Shown here: positions 43,014 through 53,139 of the stretch, in pieces
Layout: every line of letters starts with the position of its first letter
How positions within the stretch are numbered: position 1 is the stretch's first letter
DNA from: Sedimentisphaerales bacterium
Lineage (GTDB): Bacteria > Planctomycetota > Phycisphaerae > Sedimentisphaerales > Anaerobacaceae
DNA: 64,000 bases
Assembly: GCA_963708075.1 (NCBI GenBank)
Contig: OY970194.1
Location: 4,608,001 to 4,672,000, forward strand
Direction: 5' to 3'
Program-made: the position numbers and the translations under genes
The notes under the pieces: generated by a model
Seen by the model: only the letters and a program-made list of their open reading frames with translations
Database searches by the model: none
Told to the model about the DNA's origin: nothing

Positions 43014-43925
43014 TTAACCACCGGTGGTCGAGTTGGCCTCAGGCACAGGCGCCGGAGTCGTTGGCGTTGCCGGAACCGGGGCCGGGACGGTGTCCGTCTT
43101 CGGCGCCTCGCCGGTCGGGGCCGGTGCGGGGGCTGGGGCCGGACCCTGCGCCGGGGCAGGGCCGGGCACGGGAACAGGTATCACGACAGGCGAGTTGGCA
43201 TCGCCCGGACCGATCTTTATCGTCGGAGCCGAAGCCTGGGTCGGCGGCGGGGCGGGCTTGAACACGACTTTGCCCTGGTAGTCGTCGGCGGTCTGGAGGC
43301 GGAAAGCCGCGGCGGCCTTGGCCGTCGTCCCATCGTACGCCGTATTCTCTGCTACCGCGCGATAGATCTCTTTGGCCTTATTGACATTGCCCAATTCCTC
43401 CTCGCACAGTCCGAGCCCGAGCTCCGCCGTTGCCGCCAGGGCGGGAACACCCTCGGCCTTCTTCAGGGCCTGCTCGTAGCTGGCCTGCGCCTGGGCGATC
43501 TGCTTGGCCATTTCGTCCTGGCTGACCTCGCCGGACCGATAATGCAACTCCGTGCGAAGCGTCTCGGCACGCTCAATCAGCGCCAATGCGGACATCTCGC
43601 GATTGCCCGTCGATTGGGCGAAATCCTGCAGGTCCTTGGCCAGATCGATCAGAAGATAGGACTGGTCGCTCTGCTGCGCCATCGCCTGGGCGATGTCCGC
43701 CTTCTGCTTGGGCAGTTGCGTCACCAGATTCGTCAGACGCACCTGGCTGCGCACCGCGGCAATATTCTTATGATAGAATATCCAGAAATAGACCGCGATC
43801 ACGACCACGATGACCGCCGCCGTACCGATCAGCGAATTACGGTTCGTTCGCAGCCACTCGGGAAAGTGCATCAACCAGTCGGCCAGCTCATTCGTCTTCA
43901 GCTCATGTCGATGATCTGCTCTCAT
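43014..43925 (-). CDS. Membrane-anchored TPR (YfgM-like) protein with Pro/Ala tail
   Basis: HRHELKTNEL, single TM helix, TPR-like helices. Confidence 0.7.
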   Translation of the reverse strand: MRADHRHELKTNELADWLMHFPEWLRTNRNSLIGTAAVIVVVIAVYFWIFYHKNIAAVRSQVRLTNLVTQLPKQKADIAQAMAQQSDQSYLLIDLAKDLQDFAQSTGNREMSALALIERAETLRTELHYRSGEVSQDEMAKQIAQAQASYEQALKKAEGVPALAATAELGLGLCEEELGNVNKAKEIYRAVAENTAYDGTTAKAAAAFRLQTADDYQGKVVFKPAPPPTQASAPTIKIGPGDANSPVVIPVPVPGPAPAQGPAPAPAPAPTGEAPKTDTVPAPVPATPTTPAPVPEANSTTGG

Positions 43926-44107
43926 TCTCTATGCTCCAATTCCACGTTCAAAGCCACCTGCTCGGGTTATCGGGCCTCAAAAAGGCGAATTGCTATGGTA
44001 ACAAAGTTGCTTTCGACTTGCAATGCAACTACTGAAAAGTTAAAATATTAGGTTACTTTTGCCGAAAGGACACACATACTGGGGTCGGATGAAAGGTTAG
44101 TGTGTAC

Positions 44108-45955
44108 ATGAACTACGCTCACTTCTTGTATTACGTGCAGATCGGGCTTCTGGTTTGCGTGGCCGTGCCGGGCGGCGGGGCTTTCGGGGCCGATGCACCG
44201 CAGAAGGCGGCGGATGGGCTCTGGGATCCGCAGCGGTATATCGGAGTCGACGAGATTCAGCGCGGCATGGAAGGCTACTGCCTGACCGACTACGGCGAGG
44301 CGGGGATCGAGAAGTTCCCGCTGAAGGTGGTAAACATCATTCACGAGTACGAGCCGGGCCATGATCTCATTCTGATCATGGGCTTGGACGAGCGTTTCAA
44401 GCACACGGGCCCGGTGGCAGGCTGCAGCGGCTCACCGGTGTATCTTGACGGACGGCTGGCGGGGGCATTGGCTCGCGGCTGGGTCTTTCAGAAGGACCCG
44501 CTCTACGGTGTAACGCCGATCCAGGAAATGCTGCAGGTGGGTGCGTCCAAAGGGTCATCGTCAGCCTCGTCTTCTCGGACCCTCGCCCTGAAATTCGATT
44601 TTTCCAAGCCAATTGATTTTGCCGAGATTGACAAGCAGCTCACCAGCCTGCGGCCGATGGGCGGCCGCAGCCAAAGCGGCGCCACCGCCCTGCCCTGCCC
44701 GCTGCAGATCTCGGGTTTGCCGCCCGAGGCGTGCCGGTACCTGGCGCCTCAGTTGGAAACGATGGGCTTCCTGGCCGTACCGGGTATCAGCGGCACTGTC
44801 CCGGCCGGCGCAGTGCCCGCCGCCTCGTTCACGCCCGGCGGCACGCTGACGATTCCCCTCGTGTCCGGGGATATCAAACTCGAAACGCTCGGGACCGTTA
44901 CCGAGGTGCGCGGCAATCGCATTTACGGGTTCGGTCACAGCTTTCTCGGCTTTGGGCCGACCGAGTTGCCCCTGGCCGGCGGACAAATCTATACGGTGGT
45001 TTCGCAGATGATGACCTCCTTCAAGATCGGAGCCGCCGGGGAGATCATCGGGGCTATCACCACCGACGAGTCCGTGGGCGTTACCGGAGAAATCGGGGCC
45101 AAGGCGAAGATGATCCCGCTGTCGGTGCGTGTTCAGCCGTGCAACGGCGCGGAGCCGAAGACCTACAACTGCCAGATGGTGTGCAATCAGGTGCTCACGC
45201 CGGTGCTCGCACGCGCCACACTCACCGGGGCCACGATGCCGTTCGGGGAGGGCTTTCCGCCGGATCACACCGTGGACTACCAGGCAACCATCCGCCTGGA
45301 GGACGGCCAGACCATCCAGTTTGCCAATACCTCCACGGGGATGCAGATCGCCGAGATGGTCACCGAAGCCAGCGGCAGCCTGGCGCTGCTCATGAATAAT
45401 CCGTACGGCTGTCCGGAGGTCACGGGCCTGGAGGCCAGCGTCAGTGTCTCGTCGAAGAATATCGCATCCTACATCTGGTCCGTGAACGTAGCCGATTCGA
45501 CTATCAAGCGCGGCGAGGATATCGACCTGGAGGTCGTGATCGAATCGTTTATGAAGGAGAAGAGGAAATACCAGGTGAGCCTGAACGTGCCGAAGTACGT
45601 GGCGCCGGGCAAGTACAACCTGATGATCCTCGGCTCTATGGAATATGAGGGTTTCCTCCGCAAGGTCGTGCCCTATCGGTTCATCGCCACGAACCGCAAG
45701 ACGCTTGTGGAGGCCCTGAACGAGGTGTTGAACGTCAGTCGCACCAAGCTGTATTGCCTGCTGGTCTTGCCGCCGGAGGGCATCGCGATAGATCGTGCGG
45801 AGTTGCCCGGCCTGCCGGAGACCAAGAGCATGATCCTGCAGAGCAACAAGTGGGCGATGCCCGCCCAGCCGTACCCGCAATGGGTGGAGAAGGTCGTGGA
45901 GACGGGCACCGTGGTCGGTGACAAGGAGATGGTGCAGATCACTGTAGAACCGTGA
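44108..45955 (+). CDS. SpoIVB-like peptidase S55 domain protein, exported
   Basis: AGCSGSPVYLDGRLAGA, GVTPIQEM, GTVT..YGFGHSF, SFKIG. Confidence 0.85.
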   Translation: MNYAHFLYYVQIGLLVCVAVPGGGAFGADAPQKAADGLWDPQRYIGVDEIQRGMEGYCLTDYGEAGIEKFPLKVVNIIHEYEPGHDLILIMGLDERFKHTGPVAGCSGSPVYLDGRLAGALARGWVFQKDPLYGVTPIQEMLQVGASKGSSSASSSRTLALKFDFSKPIDFAEIDKQLTSLRPMGGRSQSGATALPCPLQISGLPPEACRYLAPQLETMGFLAVPGISGTVPAGAVPAASFTPGGTLTIPLVSGDIKLETLGTVTEVRGNRIYGFGHSFLGFGPTELPLAGGQIYTVVSQMMTSFKIGAAGEIIGAITTDESVGVTGEIGAKAKMIPLSVRVQPCNGAEPKTYNCQMVCNQVLTPVLARATLTGATMPFGEGFPPDHTVDYQATIRLEDGQTIQFANTSTGMQIAEMVTEASGSLALLMNNPYGCPEVTGLEASVSVSSKNIASYIWSVNVADSTIKRGEDIDLEVVIESFMKEKRKYQVSLNVPKYVAPGKYNLMILGSMEYEGFLRKVVPYRFIATNRKTLVEALNEVLNVSRTKLYCLLVLPPEGIAIDRAELPGLPETKSMILQSNKWAMPAQPYPQWVEKVVETGTVVGDKEMVQITVEP

Positions 45956-46070
45956 TGACAGCGGCCGCAGGCCGTGGGTAGCCGAATCTGCATTGTGCAG
46001 AAGTCGAGGTTGGAGCACAAAGGGGCCGCACGTCGGCCGCAAGGAATAAGCAGTCTCACAGGGAGTACAC

Positions 46071-48377
46071 ATGGCAATGCGATCATGCCACATGCGTTGG
46101 ACAGGGGTCCTTCTGTCTGTCCTGTCCGCCTCACTACTGACCGTCCCCGGCTGGGCCATCACCAGCAAAATCACCCGCCAATCCAGCAGCAAGGAGTTGC
46201 TCCAGGGCGAAGCCGACGATGTCGTGGTCACCTCCCGGGGCAATATCCAGCTCGGGCGGGCCGCCAAGGTCCTCGCCGACGAGATCAAGGATGCCTGGGC
46301 GATCAACAACATCGTCGTCAGCGGAAGCACAGTGTACCTCGGGACCAGCCCGAACGGCATCATCTACAAATACCATCTCGGCAAGCTCACAAGACTCTAT
46401 CCCCCGGAAGGCCAGCCCCTTCCCGAGAAGGCCCCGGCGGTGGCGAAAGAGCCCAACGAGCCGGCCAAGGCGGAAGGCAAGCCCGAGGAGAAAGCCGGCG
46501 GCGAGGTAGTCAATGCCGAGGAGCGGTTTGCCAATCAGCACATTTACGCCATGGCCGTCGATGTCGCAGGCCGGCTGCTCGTAGGCATCAGCGGCAGCAA
46601 GGCCAAGCTCTGCCGCTTCGAAGCCGGCGCGATGGAGACGATCTTCGAGCCTAACGACGCCAGGTACATCTTCGCCGTCGAGGTGGACGGCATCGGCAAC
46701 ATCTACCTGGGCACCGGGCCGGAAGGCAAGGTCTACGCGCTCGATCCCTCGGGCAAGGTGGCACAGCTCATCTACGACAGCCCTGACAAGAATATCCTTT
46801 CGCTGGCGGCCGGCCAGGACGGCCTGGTGTACGCCGGCAGCGACACGCGGGGCCTGATCTATAAGATCAACCCGCGCAGCAAGACAGCCGCCGTCGTGTA
46901 TGACAGCGAGGAGCCGGAGATCAGCACGATGCTGTTCGCCGCGGGCACGTCCCCGGAAGGCGCCCTCCTGTACGCCGCCGCGACATCGGCCAAGGTCGTG
47001 CAGGCCGAGAGCCAGTTCGCCGCCCAGCAGGAAACGACCGGGCGACCCGAGCCCAGGGAAGAGACCACGAAGAACCTGGAGAGCGACGGCTCGGTCCGCC
47101 TGAAGATCGCCAACACGACGCAGGAATCCGCGAGCAAGGCCGCGGCTCGCCCGCGAACGGGCGCGAAGACGACCAAGCCCGGCACGGCCAGCTACATCTA
47201 CCAGATCAACAAGCAGGGCTACGTCACGGAGATCTTCACCGAGGCGGCGGTCTTCCTGTGCATGGCCAAGCAGGACGACAGGCTGCTGATCGGCTCGGGC
47301 AATGAAGGCCAGGTCTTCGCCGTCGAGCCCGGCAGCGAGCGCGAGGCGGTCATCTACAAGGACGAGGCGGCCGGCCAGATCCCGGCAGTGGCCGTCGCGG
47401 GCAAAGAGGTCTACATCGGCACGGCCAACCCGGCCCGGCTCGTGCTGCTTTCGCAGGACTACACCTCGCAGGGGACCTACGTCTCCGACCTCATCGACGC
47501 CAGCCAGCCCGCCCGCTGGGGCAAGCTCCAGATCGACGCCGACATTCCCCGCGGCTGCAAGGTGCTCGTCGCCTCGCGAAGCGGAAACGTCAAGGACGTC
47601 AACGACCCGACCTTCTCCGAGTGGACCGAGCCCGTGGAGATCACCGAGCCAACCCAGTTGCGATGTCCCCTCGGCCGGTTCTGCCAGTACAAGCTGATCC
47701 TCGAGACGCAGGACGGGCAAAAGAGCCCGGTGGTGCGCGAGGTGGCTCTGGCCAGCACCGTGCCGAACCTGGCGCCGGTGGTCGACTCCGTGGATATCAG
47801 CCGGCTCCAGACCCCCGACAAGCGTGGCTTGTTCAAGATCAGCTACAAGGCGGCGGACCAGAACGAGGACAAGATCGTCTATAAGATCGACTTCCGCAAG
47901 ATCGGGCGGTCCTCCTGGGTGGAGATGAAGGACCAGACCGAGGACGAGAGCTACGAGTGGGACGGCAAGACCGTCGAGGACGGCCGCTATGAGGTTCGCA
48001 TCGTCGCCTCGGACGAGCGGAGCAATACCCTCCCCACGAAGCTGACGGGCAGCCGGATCAGTGACCCCATCGTCGTGGACAACACCGGCCCCATCATCCG
48101 CAAGTATGCCATCGACAAGAACGGCAAGGCCGCCACGATCAAGCTCCAGGTCACCGACGAGCTCAGCGTCATCAACAAGCTCGAATACACCATCGACAGC
48201 AACGCCAAGTGGAAAGGCACGCTGCCCGACGACTTCGTCTTCGATACCACCGACGAGAGCTTCACGATCACCACCGAGGACCTGACCCCCGGCGAGCACG
48301 TGATCGCCCTGAAGATCAACGACGACGTAGGCAACGTGACCTACAAGACCTTCGAGCTAAGCGTGTTGGGCAAATAG
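46071..48377 (+). CDS. Exported beta-propeller + FN3/Ig-like protein
   Basis: Signal peptide; repeated YLGTSPNG/YLGTGPEG/YAGS/YIGT blades; WDGKTVEDGRY..VASD, VDNTGP. Confidence 0.8.
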   Translation: MAMRSCHMRWTGVLLSVLSASLLTVPGWAITSKITRQSSSKELLQGEADDVVVTSRGNIQLGRAAKVLADEIKDAWAINNIVVSGSTVYLGTSPNGIIYKYHLGKLTRLYPPEGQPLPEKAPAVAKEPNEPAKAEGKPEEKAGGEVVNAEERFANQHIYAMAVDVAGRLLVGISGSKAKLCRFEAGAMETIFEPNDARYIFAVEVDGIGNIYLGTGPEGKVYALDPSGKVAQLIYDSPDKNILSLAAGQDGLVYAGSDTRGLIYKINPRSKTAAVVYDSEEPEISTMLFAAGTSPEGALLYAAATSAKVVQAESQFAAQQETTGRPEPREETTKNLESDGSVRLKIANTTQESASKAAARPRTGAKTTKPGTASYIYQINKQGYVTEIFTEAAVFLCMAKQDDRLLIGSGNEGQVFAVEPGSEREAVIYKDEAAGQIPAVAVAGKEVYIGTANPARLVLLSQDYTSQGTYVSDLIDASQPARWGKLQIDADIPRGCKVLVASRSGNVKDVNDPTFSEWTEPVEITEPTQLRCPLGRFCQYKLILETQDGQKSPVVREVALASTVPNLAPVVDSVDISRLQTPDKRGLFKISYKAADQNEDKIVYKIDFRKIGRSSWVEMKDQTEDESYEWDGKTVEDGRYEVRIVASDERSNTLPTKLTGSRISDPIVVDNTGPIIRKYAIDKNGKAATIKLQVTDELSVINKLEYTIDSNAKWKGTLPDDFVFDTTDESFTITTEDLTPGEHVIALKINDDVGNVTYKTFELSVLGK

Positions 48378-48447
48378 AGCTTATCCGATCTCTGCCCACT
48401 TCTCCCTCTCTGGCTGCATGCGGCTGCCTCTGGTTTTTGGGGGTGCT

Positions 48448-50034
48448 GAGGCTGTGAGAGAATTCGAATTACTGTGATGGTTCGACTGCATCTCTGCGAC
48501 CTGATCGGTCCTTGTTCATTCTGTAGATCTCAGTCTATTCAGGTTCGTTCAGGGGTCGATCTGTCTTGTCCAAACCTCCATCAGTTCAGCAGCCGGCCCG
48601 ATCGGGCCCTGGGGCGGTACTCTATGCCCCTTTTGGACTCTCAGCCCACCAATAATGCCTCACCAAAATGTATCATGTTGTACGCCAGCGCAGACCACAG
48701 CGCAACACAACGCACCTTGTGCAGCCCACGGACCAGCAATCGAGCCAACCCGCGATAGGTCCGCAGATCGGCGTTGACCGTCTCACTGGTCGCCGCCCGT
48801 TCCTTATAGATGCTCTTGCCTTCTTCACTGGCCATGCGCGTCCGCCAGGCGGCGATCTCAGGGCTGTCCGTCTTACGCACCTGACAGGGGTCCACACACC
48901 CTCGACCGCCCTGCGGCGGAGCGTAGATGCGTACACCCGCCTGCTCGGCCGCCTGGATCTGCTCCAACTTGACAAAGCCTCCATCCATCAAGTGCTCCTT
49001 CACCTGGCCGTCCGTACGCTCCTCGACGTGCTCACGCATCGGCGCACTCTCGGCCTTGTCCGTGCCCGCGTTGGTCACGTCCACGCCCAGGATCGCCCGC
49101 GATTGCGTGTCGCTGGCAAACTGCAGGTTATAGGCTGGACGAAAGCCGCCATCAGGCATTTTCATCACACGGGCTTCACTGTCGGTCGTCGAGGCACGCG
49201 GCGGGCTGGGTTTGTCCCGCTGATTGTTCCGCGCTTGGGCTTTGACCTTCTTGATCTCCTCCAAGGCCCCCAGCGCCTTTTCCACTCGCTCCAGCCGCTC
49301 TCGAGCCGCTCGTTCTTTCGCCGCCACCTGCCGCGCATGGCGATCCGTAAGGGCGGGCGACTCCCGCTGGGCCTTCAGAGCTTCCACCTGGCCCTTGGCC
49401 TGGTCGAGCAACTCGTTCAATCGCCGCTCCCGTCGAAAACTGCCTTTGCCGGCGCTGGCCCGCACACGCATCCCATCCTGGCTGATCCGATGCACGCTGA
49501 CCAGCTTACGCTCCATCAGCATCGCCAGCACCTCGGTCATCAGACCGTCCAACGCCTCTTCATGACTGACGCGAAAATCACTCAACGTGTGATAGTTCAC
49601 GCCAACCCCGCCGCACAGCCAGCGATACGCCGCATGATGCTCGCACAGCCGCTCCAACTCCCGCGTGCTGCCCACCCCCTGGGTCGCCGCATACAACCAC
49701 AATGCCACCAGCAAGCGAACGTCCGTCGCCGACCGCCCGGCCTGTCCCTCACTGACCTTCAGTCCCTCGGTAAACTTCGACAGGTCCAGCCGCTCCACCA
49801 CGGCCCAAAGCACCCGCACGTGATGGCCCGGCGGGATCGTCTCTTCCAGGGACAACGGAACCATCCGCGTTTGTGACCGGTCCGGCCGACGAAACCGCAA
49901 CGGACCCGCAGGCACACAGTCTCTCGAATCTTGTTCCATCTCACTAACCTGAGATTCCATTCCCGGCAGAGTTCCTTGCTCTTTCATGCCCGTTATTCTA
50001 CCATCCCCGTCAAGACCGATTTCTTCACAGCCTC
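48448..50034 (-). mobile_element. IS1182-like insertion sequence
   Basis: TIRs GAGGCTGTGAGAGAATTC (from 48448) and GATTTCTTCACAGCCTC (50018-50034); GCT duplicated at 48445-47 and 50035-37. Confidence 0.85.
48641..49987 (-). CDS. IS1182-family DDE transposase
   Basis: LLVALWLYA..RELERLC..YRWLCGG..NYHTLSDFR, QDGMRVRASA, STTDSEARVMK, YKERAATSE. Confidence 0.9.
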   Translation of the reverse strand: MKEQGTLPGMESQVSEMEQDSRDCVPAGPLRFRRPDRSQTRMVPLSLEETIPPGHHVRVLWAVVERLDLSKFTEGLKVSEGQAGRSATDVRLLVALWLYAATQGVGSTRELERLCEHHAAYRWLCGGVGVNYHTLSDFRVSHEEALDGLMTEVLAMLMERKLVSVHRISQDGMRVRASAGKGSFRRERRLNELLDQAKGQVEALKAQRESPALTDRHARQVAAKERAARERLERVEKALGALEEIKKVKAQARNNQRDKPSPPRASTTDSEARVMKMPDGGFRPAYNLQFASDTQSRAILGVDVTNAGTDKAESAPMREHVEERTDGQVKEHLMDGGFVKLEQIQAAEQAGVRIYAPPQGGRGCVDPCQVRKTDSPEIAAWRTRMASEEGKSIYKERAATSETVNADLRTYRGLARLLVRGLHKVRCVALWSALAYNMIHFGEALLVG

Positions 50035-50296
50035 GCTGCCCCCAAACCCCCGGCATTTGCCGCTTCGGGCCAATAGCATGAGAAGCAGGCGTGGGTTGCC
50101 CCTTGCCGTGAATAGCCATTGCAGGTACTCTGGAGGCGCTGCTGGGGAGGACAGGGCTCTGCTGGCAAGCACCCCGAGCGCCCCAGCAGTCCAGTGGCAT
50201 GGGCGATGCCGTCGTCGTGGAGGCATCGTGTGGTTCTTGAGCCATGCTGCTGGCGTAAGGCGCAAAATGCCAGGGGTCCGGGGACGGAGTCCCCGG
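50035..50296 (+). ncRNA. Candidate structured RNA element, copy C (5' hairpin split by IS1182; remainder at 48432-48447)
   Basis: IR arms CCCCGGCATTTGCCGCTTCGGGCCAATAGCATG / CATGCTGCTGGCGTAAGGCGCAAAATGCCAGGGG; TTGCCG-N17-TACTCT; core GGACAGGGC..CCCGAGC. Confidence 0.55.
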
Positions 50297-50361
50297 TCAT
50301 TGGCTGCGTTCCATCCCAAAGTACGCAAAGACCGAATGAGTTACTGGCAGACGAGGCATTT

Positions 50362-51210
50362 GTGCGAACGATTGGATTCGAACAGGTTAGGCAAGCCGTG
50401 GAGTCGCTTTGCATCGCGACTTGCCACGAATTGCCCGAGGATGTCCTTCAGGCCCTCGAACGGGCGGCCGGGAAGGAGTCCCATCCGGGCGCCGCGAAGA
50501 TCCTGCGCCGGCTACTGGAAAACGCCCGCGTCGCCGGGCAGGACATGAGCCCCCTGTGCCAGGACACCGGGCTGGCCGTCGTCTTCGTGGAGCAAGGCGC
50601 CGAGGTCGCCATCATTGGCGAGGGAACCATCGTCGATGCCATCAATGAAGGAGTGGCGACGGGCTATGAGAAGGGATACCTGCGGAAGAGCATCGTCGCC
50701 GATCCGCTGAACCGGCGCGTGAACACCGGCACGAACACCCCTGCCGTGATCCACCTGTCCATCGTCCCCGGCGACCGGCTCAGACTGACCCTCATGGCCA
50801 AGGGCGGCGGCTGCGAGAACAAAAGCCAGTTTCGCATGTTCCGACCGACTGCCGACAAGGGACAGATCATCGACTGGATCACCGAGACGGTCCGACAGGC
50901 CGGCGCCGACGCGTGCCCGCCGTTCATCGTCGGCGTCGGGTTAGGCGGCAACTTCGAGCTCAGTTGCCTGCTCAGCAAAAAGGCCCTGCTTCGCAAGCTC
51001 ACCGAGCCGAGTCCCGACCCCTTCTACGCCGGCATGGAGCGGGAGCTGCTCGAACGGATCAACGCTCTGGGCCTAGGCCCGCAGGGTCTCGGCGGCGACA
51101 CAACAGCCCTGGCCGTGCTGATCGAGACCGCCCCCTGCCACATCGCCTCGCTCCCCGTAGCCGTCAACATCGAATGTCACAGCCACAGACACAAGACTGT
51201 GGTCTTGTGA
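50362..51210 (+). CDS. Fe-S hydro-lyase (fumarate hydratase/tartrate dehydratase) alpha subunit
   Basis: PLCQDTG, YLRKSIV, KGGGCENKS, ACPP, HIASLPVAVNIECHS. Confidence 0.92.
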   Translation: MRTIGFEQVRQAVESLCIATCHELPEDVLQALERAAGKESHPGAAKILRRLLENARVAGQDMSPLCQDTGLAVVFVEQGAEVAIIGEGTIVDAINEGVATGYEKGYLRKSIVADPLNRRVNTGTNTPAVIHLSIVPGDRLRLTLMAKGGGCENKSQFRMFRPTADKGQIIDWITETVRQAGADACPPFIVGVGLGGNFELSCLLSKKALLRKLTEPSPDPFYAGMERELLERINALGLGPQGLGGDTTALAVLIETAPCHIASLPVAVNIECHSHRHKTVVL

Positions 51211-51308
51211 ATTGATGATTGATAATTGATGATGGATGATTCACCCGGTTGCCCTGCAACCGTCTCAGAACCATCCCATTGCAGTGACTGAGTGCCAATC
51301 ACCGTGCC

Positions 51309-52117
51309 GGGTGGCAGCGGCAAGCGCAGCTTGCCGATGGCTCTATCGACTCCGGGTGGACGCACAGAAGCGCGACCGGTACAATCCTCACAAGTAGCAT
51401 TCTGACTATGCTGAGTTAGTCGGCTCCGGGTGGCAGCGGCAAGCGGAGTCTTTGGAGCCTGCCGCTGCCACCCAGACATACACAGAGAACATTCAGTAGC
51501 GGTCAGGACGACTATATCATGCTTGAAGGTAACAGATATAGTAAGCATTGCCATCGCTGGGACCTCGGCGGTCACGCACATGAGCTGACCTTCGGTTGCT
51601 ACCTGAATCGCCCCTTTCTATCCAGAGAGAGAACCTGCACTTACCTCGTCGATGCAATCGTCGCGAGCAGGAAGAAGCATGATTTCGATCTCTGGGCCTA
51701 TGTTTTCATGCCCGATCACGTTCATCTGGTGATATGTCCGAGGCAGGAGGATTATTCGATCTCAGAAGTGCTGCGCTCGATCAAGCAACCCGTGGCCCGC
51801 AGGGCGATACAATATCTGAAACGGAGCAATCCTGCCGGCTTGAAGTGCCTGGCGACGGGCGACAGGGACGAGCCCTACCGGTTCTGGCAGAAAGGGGGCG
51901 GTTACGACAGGAACATCACTGAGGTCGAAACGCTCGTTCAGTCCGTGCAGTACATCCACAACAATCCTGTGCGCAGGGTTCTCGTTGAGACGGCGGATCA
52001 GTGGTGCTATTCCAGCGCTGCGAACTGGCTCAACACGGGGTCGGGGCCTATCTCGATAGATTTCGACAGCTTCCCACGAGCATGACCATCGGCAAGCTGC
52101 GCTTGCCGATGCCACCC
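51309..52117. mobile_element. REPtron: RAYT flanked by family-1 REPs
   Basis: REPs at 51309-51340 and 51428-51473, and an inverted REP at 52086-52117 directly after the stop codon. Confidence 0.8.
51519..52085 (+). CDS. REP-associated tyrosine transposase (different subclade)
   Basis: HELTFGC, AYVFMPDHVHLV, FWQKGGGYD, YIHNNPVRR, W.YSS. Confidence 0.92.
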   Translation: MLEGNRYSKHCHRWDLGGHAHELTFGCYLNRPFLSRERTCTYLVDAIVASRKKHDFDLWAYVFMPDHVHLVICPRQEDYSISEVLRSIKQPVARRAIQYLKRSNPAGLKCLATGDRDEPYRFWQKGGGYDRNITEVETLVQSVQYIHNNPVRRVLVETADQWCYSSAANWLNTGSGPISIDFDSFPRA

Positions 52118-52149
52118 GGACAACGATGGGATTCCCGGCGTGATGGGCG

Positions 52150-53038
52150 TCAGCCGTCTCTGAAGCTTCGCATCCATTCGGGCCAGTCGGTGGGCAGGAC
52201 GTTGCCGGCCTTGGTCCGGGGACCGTTGACATTGAAGCCCTTGTGCCATTTCTGGGTCCAAAGGGCCTTGAGCCAGATCTTGTCGACGTGGAAGTCCATG
52301 TAGACGCTGTTGATGGCCTGAGCATGGCGGTTGATGCAGAAGCGGTTCATTGAGTCGACATCGCCGCTCAGGCGCCCTTCTCGCCCGTCCACTGCCGGCG
52401 GGGTATCTTTGTCCTCAGGCCAGCCGCACCAGAACCAGCAATCCAAGAACAGCGGCACCTGCGCCGCGCCCTTTGAATTGGGTGTCCTCCAGAAGTACTT
52501 GGCGGCCTTGCCGTACAGCGGATCCGATGCTGGTTGGTACACCCAGCCGTTGATGCCGTAGCTGCCCCAGGTGCCGACGGGCCTGTTGCCGCTGGGAGCA
52601 ACGATGCCCCAGGAGGTCTCCGCGTCCCCCCCCACCTCCAGAGTAGTTGTCGCCCCACCCAGGGCCGCAATCTTCATTGCCACCGGGCAGACGCGGAATT
52701 TAGGGTCCTTGTAATAGTAGTCGTACAGCAGGTCGATCCAGCGGCCGGAGTCCGACCCTCGCCTGGAAAACATTCCATTGTTGTCGTCGCAGTACATGGC
52801 CCAGATCGTGCCCCATTGCTTGAGGTTCGATTGGCACGCCACTCCGCGCCTGCTTGCGAACCCGGCCCAGCGCGGGCATCAGGATCGACATCAACAGCGC
52901 GATGATCGCGATCACGACCAGCAGCTCGATGAGCGTAAAGCCCCTGGGATTGATGATGGATGATTGATGATGGATGATTGCGGGATCAACCCTGTGGCGT
53001 GGGGCCCTGGTTAACATACGTCTCCTCAGTATCGTCAT
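52150..53038 (-). CDS. Prepilin-type / H-X9-DG-like protein, frameshift near 52845
   Basis: GFTLIELL in ORF 52700..53038 continues as ACQSNLKQWG..RHAQAINSVYMDFH..WPEWM in ORF 52150..52842. Confidence 0.85.
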
Positions 53039-53139
53039 AACGTGCTCTCAATGTTCGTTGTACGGCCGCCGCGCTGCCGGCCAGTCACCCGTTCCCTCTC
53101 AATCATCCATTATCCATCATCAATAATCAATACCCCCGC

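Noticed and set aside
46134..48299. Long antisense ORFs (also 9693..11045, 20559..22142, 39090..40496, 61805..63316)
   Set aside because: Shadow frames of high-GC3 genes on the opposite strand, with no recognisable motifs.
50049..50245. Upstream extensions of the IS1182 transposase and fumarase ORFs
   Set aside because: They lie outside the IS terminal repeat and within the palindromic element; downstream starts fit the family N-termini.
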